Origin: Rhynchopus sp. YZ270_cl-10
Lineage: Eukaryota
DNA length: 64,000 nucleotides
Assembly (NCBI GenBank): GCA_964035575.1
Contig: OZ037846.1
Span: 434,001-498,000, forward strand
Direction of reading: 5' to 3'
Part shown: in pieces, positions 44,275 through 56,861 of the stretch
Numbering within the stretch: the first letter of the stretch is position 1
Layout: each line of letters starts with the position of its first letter
The notes under the pieces: generated by a model
What the model saw: only the letters and a program-made list of their open reading frames with translations
Told to the model about the DNA's origin: nothing
The model's database searches: none
Made by a program: the position numbers and the translations under genes

Positions 44275-47133
44275 CTACAGCTGCACCGACGCCGCCCTCC
44301 CTGGCATTCCCGCCGCCCCTCGCTGCCTTCTCACAAAGAACGGTGCATTCGTCGACGGATCAATAATCCCCGCCCTCCTTGGCAGCAAATTCCAATACGG
44401 CAGACACCGCACACCAATCGACATGCCAAAGTCTACAACCACCTCTTGCGTTGGCGTTACCACAACTATGGTTCCGTTCCTCCCGTTTAGGTTCAAATCA
44501 TCTGTCACCCCGGTTGCAGTGACCTGCGATCCTGGGGCAACTTTAGACAAATCCAATCCTTCGATGGTCTCCGCTTCACTCACCGCCCTTCTCCCTTCGT
44601 CTCGGAAGGAAGGCACACCATCATCAAATGGATCTGCTGGAGTTCGTATGGGCAGTCTCCGTGGAGGTCTTGGGGGAGATTTGTTTGGTGTATTCAACTT
44701 AAACGCAGCAGGACCGTAAGGGTTCACCCTCCGCCCCGAAGCGGTCGGCGAATCTGCAAACCCAACTGGAGGGGTATACTCACGTCGCCCCCGTCTGTTG
44801 TTGATGTTCGGCGGCATCGTTGGCGTCCCTGCTGTACCGACCCTTTTAAGACATTCTGGTTTGAGAGAGGCGCGCGCCCCGTTGTGTTCAATGAGATCTA
44901 CCAAAACTTTGCCATTCTGCACCCCAGCCACCTTCGCAACAGTACCATTAAATGCGGGTTGCTCTTGAAGTCCGTGAACTTCAAGCATATCGCCGATCTC
45001 CACTTTTCGGTTGTCTACAAAAATTTCATCGGTATGGGATAATACAGATTCTTGCCTGGCCTTCATGAAAGGGGTGCGAAGGAGTGAGTCATCGCTGAGT
45101 ACAATAGATTCTCCTGTGTTCGATGACGCGGCGTCTTCGTGGTTTGGTGTCTCCATATGTGCGGATGCGTCGAAGTTTCCTTGATATGTTGACCCCCTTT
45201 TGAGAAAGTTTGTGTCCAATTCCTTTGTCTTTTCCATAGAATATCCGCTCATCTCCACCCAACTCAAAAAATGCTTCGGAATCCTCGCCAACGCAGCGCG
45301 AGCGAAATGATCTGGGTCCTTCCCCTTAAAGTCCTTCCACGACACCAACGAGACAATCTCCCGCACAACGCTTTTCCCGCTAATCACAGACCGGAGGTCC
45401 GATCCACATAATTTGCGAAGTTTTTGAAACCCTCGGACGCCTTCTTCTCGCTCTTCGGGGGTAATTCCCCCAGAGCCCATACCCACCATAAGAATCGACA
45501 TAGGTGCTTTAGATGCCTCCACGATAAGATCTATGGTCTCTGTGATGTCTTCGATATTTTCGTCGGTGAAGATGACGGCGAGTTGATACGAAGGTTGTTC
45601 ATTTGCCCCAGCGACGTCATCATGGTTTTTTAATGTCATCTCCAGAATGCTGCGAAGTACCGGCGCTAAACAGGTTCCTCCGTGCACGCCTTTTACCTGT
45701 TCTGCGCATTTTTCGTAGCTTCGGATCATTTCGTCGACTCCTTGGATTTCGAGTTTGTTGAGATCGAGGGAGAGTGGGAAGTGATGGTACACTTTGTTGT
45801 CCGCGAGGACTGCGCCGAACCCGAAGGCAGGGAACATCTGGTCGCGATCGTAGCGGCCGACAACGTGGCAGACGGCTTTGATTGCGCTGGTGAAGTCGTT
45901 GGGGTTTTCCTCCGGCTGTTCGTGGATTGCGTGCATCGCTGACAACGAAGAAGAAAAATTAAACGCCATCGAGCAATTTATCTCGAACCCCATCTTCACA
46001 TAATCCAAGAACGAATAAGAGGTGAGCAACTCCACCTTTTTGATTATGATCTCCCCGGAGTTGACGTATTTCTTGTTTAAACTCTTTTTTTCGTTCAAAA
46101 GGGGGAGGGAAGTGACGACTCCTGAGGTAAGCGCAGCGAGGGTGGTTTTAGACTGCCCGATCAACTGACTTTTTGACGTATCCAAAAAGTTGTAGTCATA
46201 CAAAGAAAACTGCAACGGACACAAATACTTATTATTGCACAGCCGATACGTCTTGATGTGCAACGGCTTCCAATCAGGGTTCACTCCCTTCTGCAGCGTA
46301 TCCTTCGTCATAAACTGCCGTGTAATGCTCGTTGAGGCTACCGGCATCATCTGATGACCCTGCACCCTGCTGATTAACACATAATAATTTGCTAGAGCAG
46401 ACTTCAACCCGAACCGCGTTTTTGGCCGCGCAAGGTTTTTTCCGGTCAGATGCAAAATGATTTTTTCTTGTACATTTTTGACCAATTCTGCGGTAATTTG
46501 GATTTTTGCCACCTTCGCCTCCCCAGAACGCCCGGTAGTGATCAAAGAGAATGCGTTAGTGGCGAGATCAAAGGTCCCTGCAGCGAGAGCCTGCGCCTTG
46601 TCAAATGCTACGGAAAGACCGAGGTTGTGGTGTGCGTTGTCCCGTTTCATTTTCAGCTCCCCATCATGTGGTTGCCCTCCGGTGTCCAATAAATCCTGCA
46701 AACATACAGTATACTCCGCAAGAAATACTTGATCTTCGATAGGCAATTCATCATGCTTTTCGTGATAAACCTCAAAATGGAGCATAACCTGATCCGGCGC
46801 ATGAGCACGAGAATAACTACATAAAATCGGCTGAAGAAATACTGGTGACAACGTATTTTGCTTCGTTTCAGTCTTTCCTAATAAGGTATGATCCTTTTTG
46901 GGTAAGCTTTCCTCCCCTTTCATGAACATTCTGCATATCACGAAGGGGTCGGATCGAGAGAATTTGTCTCTATCGGGAAGCCCGGTGCACGATACGGAGA
47001 GCTCGACGTTCCCCCCGGCGCCGTCTCCCTGTGCTTCTAGCATAAGCTCTTCTACGTCAAGTGCGTCGTCACGACTCGTCTCATCGATGTCCGCATCTTC
47101 CCCTCCTCGAAGACAACACAAATACCCCCCCAT
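44275..47133 (-). CDS. Copine-family protein (C2-C2-vWA) with acylation signal and extended C-terminus (952 aa)
   Basis: MGGYLCCL N-terminus; VELSVSCTGLPDRDKFSRSDPF, KTETKQNTLSPVF, SFLDYV, YDRDQMFPAFGFGA, EASKAPMSILMVGMG, REIVSLV, ALARIP motifs. Confidence 0.92.
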   Translation of the reverse strand: MGGYLCCLRGGEDADIDETSRDDALDVEELMLEAQGDGAGGNVELSVSCTGLPDRDKFSRSDPFVICRMFMKGEESLPKKDHTLLGKTETKQNTLSPVFLQPILCSYSRAHAPDQVMLHFEVYHEKHDELPIEDQVFLAEYTVCLQDLLDTGGQPHDGELKMKRDNAHHNLGLSVAFDKAQALAAGTFDLATNAFSLITTGRSGEAKVAKIQITAELVKNVQEKIILHLTGKNLARPKTRFGLKSALANYYVLISRVQGHQMMPVASTSITRQFMTKDTLQKGVNPDWKPLHIKTYRLCNNKYLCPLQFSLYDYNFLDTSKSQLIGQSKTTLAALTSGVVTSLPLLNEKKSLNKKYVNSGEIIIKKVELLTSYSFLDYVKMGFEINCSMAFNFSSSLSAMHAIHEQPEENPNDFTSAIKAVCHVVGRYDRDQMFPAFGFGAVLADNKVYHHFPLSLDLNKLEIQGVDEMIRSYEKCAEQVKGVHGGTCLAPVLRSILEMTLKNHDDVAGANEQPSYQLAVIFTDENIEDITETIDLIVEASKAPMSILMVGMGSGGITPEEREEGVRGFQKLRKLCGSDLRSVISGKSVVREIVSLVSWKDFKGKDPDHFARAALARIPKHFLSWVEMSGYSMEKTKELDTNFLKRGSTYQGNFDASAHMETPNHEDAASSNTGESIVLSDDSLLRTPFMKARQESVLSHTDEIFVDNRKVEIGDMLEVHGLQEQPAFNGTVAKVAGVQNGKVLVDLIEHNGARASLKPECLKRVGTAGTPTMPPNINNRRGRREYTPPVGFADSPTASGRRVNPYGPAAFKLNTPNKSPPRPPRRLPIRTPADPFDDGVPSFRDEGRRAVSEAETIEGLDLSKVAPGSQVTATGVTDDLNLNGRNGTIVVVTPTQEVVVDFGMSIGVRCLPYWNLLPRRAGIIDPSTNAPFFVRRQRGAAGMPGRAASVQL

Positions 47134-47174
47134 AGTGTAGGGGGGGTAGGGTACGTGAAGGTAGAGGGAGTCCT

Positions 47175-47485
47175 GAGGGGGAGAAGATGGAGGTTGTGAG
47201 ATGAAGTGGGGTGGGGTTATGTGTTTTGTGGTTTGGTTTGAATAACGAATTTAGAGTGGGGTAACCCCCTGAACGGAGTGTAGCCCGTGGGAGGGTGTGT
47301 TTTGCTCCCACACCTCTTTCCTCGAGAGGGAAGATGGAGGTTGCGAGATGAAGTGGGTGAGGTTATAGGGAGGGGTGTGTTTGTGTTTTGACAACCAATT
47401 TAGAGTGGGGTAACTCCCTGAACGGAGTACAGCCCACTGTAAGGGTGCTCTTTCCTCGGAGGGAAGACGGAGGTTGTGGGTGACG
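47175..47485. repeat. ~140-bp tandem duplication (about 2.2 copies) immediately upstream of the copine ATG
   Basis: GAAGATGGAGGTTG(T/C)GAGATGAAGTGGG...AATTTAGAGTGGGGTAAC..CCTGAACGGAGT repeated. Confidence 0.8.
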
Positions 47486-48132
47486 TCATAGGGGGGGGTT
47501 AGGGGGTGGCAAAAAGGCGGTTTTAGTGAAATAAATTGAAATCCGAGCTCACAGAGGCTCCAAACACAAAATCTCTGGCGAATATGGATTTTTTGGGGCT
47601 CAGGAGGGGGGTGTGCCTGGTCACAGGCCTCCAAATGCGCCCAGAAACATGAAAAATATGAAAAATTGACTGGTTTTTCGGGGTTTTCGCACTTTTTGCA
47701 TTTTTGGGAAAACAGCGTTTTTTCACCCATTTTTCGAAAAAAATATCAAAAAACGGACATCAGATAGTGAACAAATACCCAAAATCACCCCAAAAGTATC
47801 GAATCTTTTCAAATACATCTGTTTTTCACACTCTAGACGCTCTGTTCGGGGCCAAAATCTCATTTTTAGGTCAAAAAATCGTCCTGTTATCGTCCTGTTT
47901 ACCGCGCGCGCACCATTCCTCAAACCCGTTGGGCCACTTTCTGACCACTGCTGGGTGGTCTGACCACCCAGAGCACCCCCATTTACCAACCTCCTACCAC
48001 ATTTTCACCGAATTTCAGACCCAAAACTCTCTCTGTACCCCCAGAAATGACCCCAAAAAACACAGAAAAATTCACTTTTGCAACAGTCACGGCTATTGCA
48101 AGCACCCGGACAGCGTTTTTTTACCCTTTTTT

Positions 48133-51100
48133 CACGGGTTGCCGACGATCGTAGTACGAAATTTTACGATCGTAAAATTTTACGATCGTTACGATCGTAA
48201 AATTTCGTACTACGAAATTTTACGATCGTAAACGATCGTAGTACGATCGTAGACGAAATTTTACGATCGTAGTACGTTTGCCAAACGAAATAACGAATAT
48301 CGCTTGAAATACCGTTCGATATTCCTTGCATGGTGTGCATGAAGCACACACAAGGTATATCAAACGATAATCAATCAGATAAAACGTTACATCATTGGAA
48401 AATTGTTGGCACCGCCGCCCTGTCTTCGTATTTATTACGTCGACAGGCCAAACAACGTTGGGCTCAGAAGAAGCAGTGCTAGACAGTCACTGGGGATCAA
48501 CATGAGAACCAACTCCCAACAACACAGGCTACCGAAGTAGCAGGTGGGGTGTTGCGGGTGTTTGGGGTGAAAGAAAATCGATTTTGGTAAGTTACAGCAG
48601 AAAATTCTTAAGTTTGCAATAGCGAGAAGGGTTACACTGCTCTTGCGAGCTGTGAACCGGTAAGGTTGAGAAGGGTGACACGGCATACAAGTACAAGTAC
48701 AAGTAAGACGTACCTTCTGCAAAGGCTGAATTCGCAATTCTAAGGGATATGAATTCAGCCCCCACATGTTTTTTTGAGATAATCATTCCATGGTATACTA
48801 GGCGTTCCCGAAGAATGAATCACCCCCTCCTCGTTCATGCAAACTCAAGAAAATTCTGAAGTAACTACAACCTGGCGTGCGGGTACAGATGCATTGCTTT
48901 GTTCTTTCCTCAAAGTCATGTGTGATCTCTCGGGTCTGTACTAAAGTCAGTGTTTAGATAAGCATCCACTTGACTCGTTCTAACAACCGTTGAAATCTAG
49001 AACAAAACAACACACTGCCCCTTCTCACACCAAGCCGCCATGCTTCAAGAGCATGCCCTGGGCAAAAATTACTGTGACAAAAATTAGTATTCTGGGGGAA
49101 CGCAATATTTTCTTGTGTCTAGTCCTCCGCAAGCAGAGGACAGACTTTCCGGATCCCGAAGTCGAATTTCTTGCACTAGCTATGCTCCCTGGGTTAAATG
49201 GCTATAGCAGTGACTGACTAAGAGTTTCATAATAATTAGGGTGGTCTATGGGGTGGGTTAATGGAAAAGTTGGTATATAAACCCGACTTTTACGATCGCC
49301 ACCTGGTTTTGAAATAATTGCACCAGCTCTTCCGTCGGCACTGCTTCGCTGTCACGATGAAGGGTCGTCGGTTCGGGTACCTGTTAAGAGAAATTGAATG
49401 TAAAAGTAGAGACTACAACAAAAAAACAAACAAACAAACAAGAAGCCGCCCCGTACCCCTTAAACGTAAAAGTGACATTTTTGTTGACAAAAAATAGTAA
49501 CTCTGATAGGTAAGTAAAAGGGAAAAAAAGGTTTTTTCGTTGATTGCACAATTACCCTGTTGGAGGGGTGATTGGCGACCGTATCTGAGGAACTATTTCT
49601 CCTTTAAGCTACGCTTTAGGTATAATATTGGCTCAGTCCATAAACCCACCCCCCTAAAAGGTAACCTTTTGAATTTTTTTCACATTAGATAACTTCCACT
49701 CGGACTTTTTGCTCGATTTTTGCTCCTTTGAACTCAGAATAACGTTTCTGAGGTCACAGGAGCAAAAATCGAGCAAAAAGTCCGAGTAGAAGATAGATGA
49801 ATTAACGTCGAGAGGTAAAAAACTAATTGGGAATTGGGTTTTGCGTTAGTTTCGTGGGTAAACCGTTTCCCAAACAATATTTTTCATTATTTGTGACACT
49901 TCTGAGCATCTTCTGGTGGACACCACCTCCAGAATAGGCCTGGGACACCTTGTGGGGTGAAATTTCACCAGTTGTCCACCCCAGAATACGAAAAAATGCA
50001 AAAAAAAAAAATAGTGAAAAAGTAGCTTTTCGCAGCCCACTCAAAAACCAATGCCCAATTAGTTTTTTTACCTCTCGACGTTAATTCATCTATCTTCTAC
50101 TCGGACTTTTTGCTCGATTTTTGCTCCTGTGACCTCAGAAACGTTATTCTGAGTTCAAAGGAGCAAAAATCGAGCAAAAAGTCCGAGTGGAAGTTATCTA
50201 ATGTGAAAAAAAATTCAAAAGGTTACCTTTTAGGGGGGTGGGTTTATGGACTGAGCCATATTAAAAAAAAAAAAAATAGCTAAAAAATAGCGGACATGTC
50301 GAAAAGGGAGAAAACCGGGGGGTTAAAAACATACCTTGCACTCGGCCCGCTCTCCAGGTACAAAGAACATCACTGCACGACAAACCACTACTACAATAGA
50401 AAATAACTATTTTTTACCGAACAGAAAGGTCGTTTTATTGATGAGTGTTTTCTGAGTGCACACTCAGTGGGGACAAAATGCAACACTTCAAGGCATGCAA
50501 TACTCCAAGGAATTTGCTAAGGAAAAGTCGATATTGTGGGCCCCTGTAGTAGTGCATATAGTTTACCCCCAGATCGTCAAAACACCCGATTTTTGCGTTT
50601 TTTTGCACTTTTTGGTGCCCAAAAACCCAACTCAGGGGTCGAAATTTTCCCGAAAAAAAAAATTTTTTTTTGAGATTTTTTGATTTTTTGACAAGGCGCT
50701 GGCCCATACAAAATGCACTGGTGGTACAGAAAATGACTGGGGAATTAACTCTAGATGCTCAAAACAGCCCAATTCTTGCTTTTTTTGACTTTTTGGTCCC
50801 AGAAGGGGACCTAGGGTGTAGTGAGCAGGCCTCAAAAACACTTGTGAAAAAAAATTTTGATGTTTTTTTAAGGTTCAAAAATCGACTTGTCTTTTTGGTA
50901 AAAACCACGAAATTTCGGGTTCGCAAAACCGCGTTTTAGACCCCCACAGATGCTCAAAAGTGCCAAATTTTGCTTTTAATGGCCTCAAATCGTCGAAATT
51001 AGCCCTCTTTAGGGGCGAAAAAAAAAATTCGAGAGTCCCTTTCCCTGGGAGGCAATAGCCACCGGCAACTACACCACTACGAGATTTTACGAGATTTTAC

Positions 51101-51218
51101 GAGATTTTACGAAATTTTACGATCGTAAATTTTCGTAGTACGATCGTAAATTTTCGTAGTACGAGGAAAAAAAGGCTACGATCGTAAAATTTCGTACTAC
51201 GATCGTCGGCAACCCGTG
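48133..51218. mobile_element. Nested TIR element with ~42-bp TIR CACGGGTTGCCGACGATCGTAGTACGAAATTTTACGATCGTA and TACGATCGTA subterminal arrays
   Basis: TIRs at 48133-48174 and 51177-51218; no clean TSD. Confidence 0.75.
49630..50257. mobile_element. 628-bp foldback MITE with ~200-bp near-perfect TIRs and 5-bp TSD ATATT
   Basis: 49630-49831 is the reverse complement of 50054-50257; ATATT at 49625-49629 and 50258-50262; each arm holds an internal hairpin. Confidence 0.92.
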
Positions 51219-52718
51219 AAAATTTTTTGAAAAATTATCAAAAAACGGACATCAGATAGTGAACAAATACCCAAAATCACCCCGAAAGTATCGAATCTTT
51301 TCAAATACATCTGTTTTTCACACTCTAGACGCTCTGTTCGGGGCCAAAATCTCATTTTTAGGTCAAAAAATCGTCTTTCCCGAAGTGCGAAAACCCCGAA
51401 AAACCAGTCAATTTTTCATATTTTTCATGTTTCTGGGCGCATTTGGAGGCCTGTGACCAGGTAAACCACCCTCCTGAGCCCCCAAAAATCCATATTCGCC
51501 AGAGATTTCGTGTTTGGAGCCTCTGTGGTATCATAACTCAAAAAATTTCACTCAAAAACGGCTTTTTGCCTCCCCCTATAGGGGGGGGTGTATGTGTTGG
51601 CTAATAGGGGTAATCCTTGCGCAGAATATGGCCCCAAATGTGTTTGTGTTGCTGGACTAAAGTCGTTATTAAAAAGGGGGGGAAGGGGTGGGGGGGTTTT
51701 TTTGTTTTTATCCAAGCGCTTTTGCTAGTTAATATTTTTCCAACTCAACAGAATGACATCCAAAAAAAAAAATAAGGGGGGAATGTGAGGAAACAGATTG
51801 AGTTCCGTCCCCCCAAAAAAAAAGGTTTGAAAAGTAGAAACGTCTCTGGGACGCAGGAATTTTCATTTAAAAAAAAAAGCTTTTCGTTTCTTTTTACGGA
51901 GGCTTTTTACAAAAAGAACATAAAAAAGGGGGATTTTTTTTTTAGAATGATGATCCTCACCCCCTCTGCTCTTCGTCACCTTTGAAGAGAAAGGCGATGA
52001 GATGAACGGCCACATTCATAAAGATCTCTCTGTGCAGGACAACGACTTTTGCAAAACTACCTAATCTGAGCGCACGCAGTATGGCATACACTTTTTTGTG
52101 TTTTTTTTTTTTGTAATTTTCTATCCGAGGACGGCGTTCTGTACAACAAAGGTCGCCCCGAAGGCTAAATGAATTTCAAAGGTATAGATGCAGTGTCTTT
52201 TTTTTCCCTTGTTTTGTTACTGCGTCACACAAAAAACAACCCAACCCCCACCCCACCCACATCAGTGCCCCCTTAAAAAAAGTTGAAAATAATGCCTCGC
52301 GTGAATACACGTCTTAAAAAAGATCAAAAAAAAGAGAAGTTGAAAGTGCTAAACGCCTCACCGTGCATCGGCGGATGAAGGCATTGGTTCTCCGCGGGGG
52401 GTTATCGAATCCCCAGAGAGAGAAACACTTCATCTTGTGAATACACATCTTACATAAATGCAAAAATAAACAGTTCAGGCCAGCTTTCACACAACATTTG
52501 AGCAATATTTCGCACATTAAGACATTGCCCATACCCCTTTTCATACTCACACTTATATTTTTTATTTTTGATTATCTTAAAATCAGTGTAAAAACTGTCA
52601 CACAGACAGTCTTCACAATCCTTAAGAAAAAAATCACTTTCGCTTTTGATTTCGCAACAGGCAAGGATACTCCATATTTTTTACTCCATTCTTTTACACA
52701 ATTTCCTCACTACTACTT

Positions 52719-53776
52719 TTAATCGGAATGCTCAGTTTTCCCAAGCGACTCTGAGCGACTTGCCGTGGACGGGGCACGTCCCTCCTCTGCCGCCCCTGCC
52801 CCTACTACCTTCGCTGGAGACACCTCACGCTCATCCTTTTGGGTTGCGTCCTCCTTCTCCTCTTTTCCGTTCTCTTTGCGGGGTGACACAGCACCTCCGC
52901 CACCTCCACCTGCCCTGCGGTCAGGAGAAGAGCTTCTCCTCCTGCGTCTGTCGCTTCTGTTTCTATCGCGAGAGTCGTAGCGGCGTTCGCGTCTTCTGTC
53001 GTCTCGGTCGTCACGGCGGGAGGGGTTTCTCCGTCTGTCGCGTGATGCGCTGTCTGTCGAGGCACGGCGGCGTCTGCGGGAAGTGCGGTCTCTGTCGCGC
53101 CCCCGGTCGCGGTCCCTGCTGTCAGAAGAGGAATACCTGCTACGACGGCGGCGCGCGCTGCTGCGCCTGTCGCGGTCCCTGCTGTCGTATCGGTCGCGGC
53201 GTTCCCTGCGCGGCTCGGCAGCACGGTCCTGCCTTCTCTGCTCGCGCTTCTCGCGGTCTACACGGTGCTGTTCCTCACGCTCCAGGGTAAAGCTGATCCG
53301 CTGGCGATACTCACGCATCTGACGCTGCTGTGCGACAGTGTGGCGTGGGAGGTTCGCGAGGGCAGCCAGTTTGAGTTGCAAGACCTGAGGGATAAGGAAG
53401 GGGGAGTTGCGGGTGTGATAAGAAGAACCTAAAGTTCATCTAAAAACACTCTGATTGGAGGGAAAATGGTATTTTTTTTTTCCCGCTTAATTACCCTGTT
53501 GGAGGGGGTGATTGGCGACCGTATCTGGGGAACTATTTCTCCCTTCAGCTACGCTTTGTGGGTATTAAAAAAAAGGGGGGAAAGGGGGGGAAATGGGAAT
53601 ACCTTCGTCTTTTTGTCATCTGTCGCTGTGGTGACGAGTTTGTCTGTCTCCTCTGCGGGCAGGCCGATGGGCATACCCATAGGGTCTGCCTGCGCCATCA
53701 TTTGCTGCGGAGGGATCGAGGCCGCGTTGGCGAGCTGTGCTGCCATCGCCATCGCTGCCACGTCTTGGTAGCTCAT
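52719..53776 (-). CDS. Arg/Ser/Asp-rich (RS/RD-domain) nuclear-type protein; exons 53776-53603 and 53384-52719, 279 aa
   Basis: Phase-0 GT-AG intron 53602-53385 (AAG|GTATTC ... CCTCAG|GTC) joins two ORFs; RDRDR/RSR-rich C-terminal half. Confidence 0.8.
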
Positions 53777-56700
53777 GGCTTCGGAGGGATGCTGTGAAAA
53801 AGAGCAAAAAAAGGGAGAGAGAGAGAGGGTAAGCTCGGCTTAGGATAGCGAGTGCAAAAATCGACGTGCGCGATATTGTTCTCCTGTTTTGAAAGGGGGG
53901 GAGGAGAGAGGTAAAAGGGAGGAGTGTCAGGTGTGGAGAAGGATGGGAGGGATGAAGGAGGGAAAAATGAAGAAAAAAAAAAAGAAAAGAGAAAAAAAAA
54001 AAAAAAGACCAAGGGGGCATTTTGGTGACACAAAAAATGACCTAGAATGGACGAAAGAATGGACGATGTGAGGTGGAGACTGAACCCTCACATACTATAC
54101 TATGCATATGAGGGGTGCTCACCTCTGGTGTGTGGACACTGAACCCTGGTTTTCTCGAAGAAATTATGGTTTGTCTGTAAGCCCTCACGGTGTTGAAAAA
54201 ACCTCCCCTTTTACAAATATCCCCTACCCCCCACCCAATAAGAACAGCTGCGAAAGGTGTTTTTGCTCAAACAAACCTAGCCTTTTTGTCGTGTACAAAA
54301 TCCTCCTTTCCGGGGGCGTGCCAGATGACGGGAGCTACGATGCCTGTAGAGGATCTTGGGGGGGAAGGAGAGGGCAAATTTTATTTGCTCTTCCTCCCCC
54401 TCTTCTCTCTCGGTCTTTTTTTTGTCGGACCTGTGGTGGAAAACGCGCTGCTATTTGCGTGAGTTGTATTTTTATTGTACCGAGGTAGGTTCTGTGTACA
54501 GTGTCGCCCGAAGGCTGTACTTAAAGATAGATGCAGACCGTCCTCAATATATTTTTTTGTTTTAAATTTGATACCGTGCAGGGGTTTTGCCTGACACTCC
54601 GTGGACTAATAATGCCTTCCCACGGAGGTTGATTGCACTTCAAAGCAGATTAGAAAAGGGGATGGCGTTGGGAGGTGAGGAATACATGCTTTTTTTTTTT
54701 TTTTTCATTATTTTTCATTTTTTGCAGTCATTGAATACATCGCAGCGGCGAGGGGGCGCGTTCTGTAGTTTTTTGATAAAATTGTTGGAGTAGTGTAGTT
54801 GCCTCGGTTGTGTTGCCACAGTTTTGTGCAATCTCCACTGTCTGTTTTTTTTTTTGCCGAAGGGGGAGTGAGGGTTGTGTGTGTGTGTGTGTTCAAAAGC
54901 ACTTCTTCAAAAGCACGTTGCGTGAATCTGAGCGGAACATTGAACAAGCTTTGAAAAATTGATATCGTGTATCATCGTCACATACATTGAACAAAGAACA
55001 AAAAAGCAAATGCATCACACTGCAACCTGTAAAGGCCGGAGGGGGTGTGTGTATTTCACTGTCATTCAGACTAAATATTCACATAAAATTTTTCGATCAA
55101 TTCCAAAATATAAAACGGAATAGTCTCAAAGGATGCCGAAGTCACATCCAGATCATTCCTAGGGACCGCCCCAGGTACTCTGCTGAATATGTGCAGAACA
55201 TTTCCAGACATTATGTGTATTTGAAAGCAAAAACATGAGCAGTTCCCTAAGACAACTATTGCACAAAGAATGGCATTTTGCGGTGTATGTAGTTTGAAAC
55301 CTCGTTTATGGGTCCCATCCTGTGTGTAATACTGACCATTACTTGGGTGAGAGAGTGAGAGTCGCAAGAAATACCGATGTGACAGAACGGCGTGGCCTCC
55401 CGGCTGCGCTTGTATCAAGGACTTCGGGGGGAGGAAAACAAAAGGCTGACCTGCCCTGGTGCTGTAGTGCTGTCCTGTGGGGATGGCTTTGGTGTGAAGC
55501 AAAAAGGTTAGCAGCGAGCGGCGGTGGTGGTGGTGGTGGTGGTGGTGGTGTTGGTATGTGTCGGATTGGAGTTTTGGGTGCAAAAAAAGGGGAGGGGGTG
55601 CGCTTTTTTTTGTATGTCTTTTTGTCCCTCTCGTGTTATCGGTATCCTTTTCTCGTTCTTTTATGTTCCAGATAAAAAGACCAAAATGGGAAAATAAAAT
55701 CAACAAAGCAGACTAGTCAGAGAGAACTACTAGTGGAACTAGTAGCGTTAGCGTAACGACTGGTGTTAACCTAGTAGTGTTCCTGGTGTATCATTTGGAG
55801 TAGTGGTACTACTGTAGTCACCCTGACATAGTCCGCCGTGAAGTTGCGCCCCACCCCCCCCTCGGAGGGGAACAATAAATATAAACAAAAAAGAGTACTT
55901 GGTGTGCAGGTCCTCCTTTCCCCCCCAAAAGAGCACTTCACGCCATTTGGTATGCACACAATTTGTCCACAGGGGAGAGAGGTTGTGTGCAGGTACATAA
56001 TCATTGCCTCAACCAAAACGGAAGCAGACCCAACGAGCCACCCGACTTTTCCTGAAATTTGGAGGTGTTTTAGTGGAGTTTTGGTGGTACTTAAACCCCA
56101 CCACCCAAACCCCACCAAAATTTCAGGCAAAAAATCAGGCGTAAGAGAGAGAGAGAAACCGTAGTTAAGATGAACCTAGGCCTCTCGTGCTTTAGTTACC
56201 TCAACAAAAAAATACGCACAAAAAATAATTCTTTGAATAAGTGAATGAACCTCTCGGTCATCAGTCTACCAAAAAAGAAAAAGGGAAAAGGAATATTGTT
56301 TTAGTGAGGAGTGGAGGGGGAGAGTGAGGGTTTTATTTGAAAAATAAAGTAGAAATTTAAAATCTGTTATCAAATCAAGCACTCTGTCACCACGGAGTGA
56401 GGGGACGGTGTAGGTTTTTTTTATGGTTTTTTGGTTCTTGGGATGAGGGAGGCTTAAAGAGAAGGAAAAGTTTATGAGAGGCACCGTAAGCCTGTTAATG
56501 CTTAAGTCACCTTAAAAAGGAAATATTAAACAGATGTGTATCGATAAATGATTGGTTTAAAAAAGGGGGTTTGATGCAGACACCTCCGACTGACCTTACG
56601 ATGCCAGCCCCAGATGAAAGCACAAAAATAAAGTTGACTTGAAATACAAAGCCCTCTTGAAACAGTGTACCAACAAAAATACAAAGGTTTTGTAAGATGA

Positions 56701-56861
56701 TTTGAATTTTCCAAGCCGACCTATTCCTGACAGTACGTAGGGAAGGGAAAATCAAAAAAAAAACCCCCCATCCAACTTCCAAAATACCTCTATGTAAACA
56801 GAGCGATGGAAGTCCATTTTTTTTTTTCAAAAAAAAGAAAAGAAGGATTTTTTTTTTTTCT

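Larger units (their letters stand above)
47500..51578. mobile_element. ~4-kb composite element bounded by ~190-bp inverted repeats
   Basis: 47500-47695 is the reverse complement of 51383-51578; internal direct repeat 47740-47884 = 51231-51375; TSD not identified. Confidence 0.7.

Noticed and set aside
48300..49400. Transposase inside the nested 48133-51218 element
   Set aside because: No long ORF or DDE motif recognisable by eye
49551..49563. Partial I-SceI site (AACAGGGTAAT on the minus strand)
   Set aside because: Only 11 of 18 bp match, within a dispersed motif and with no rRNA context
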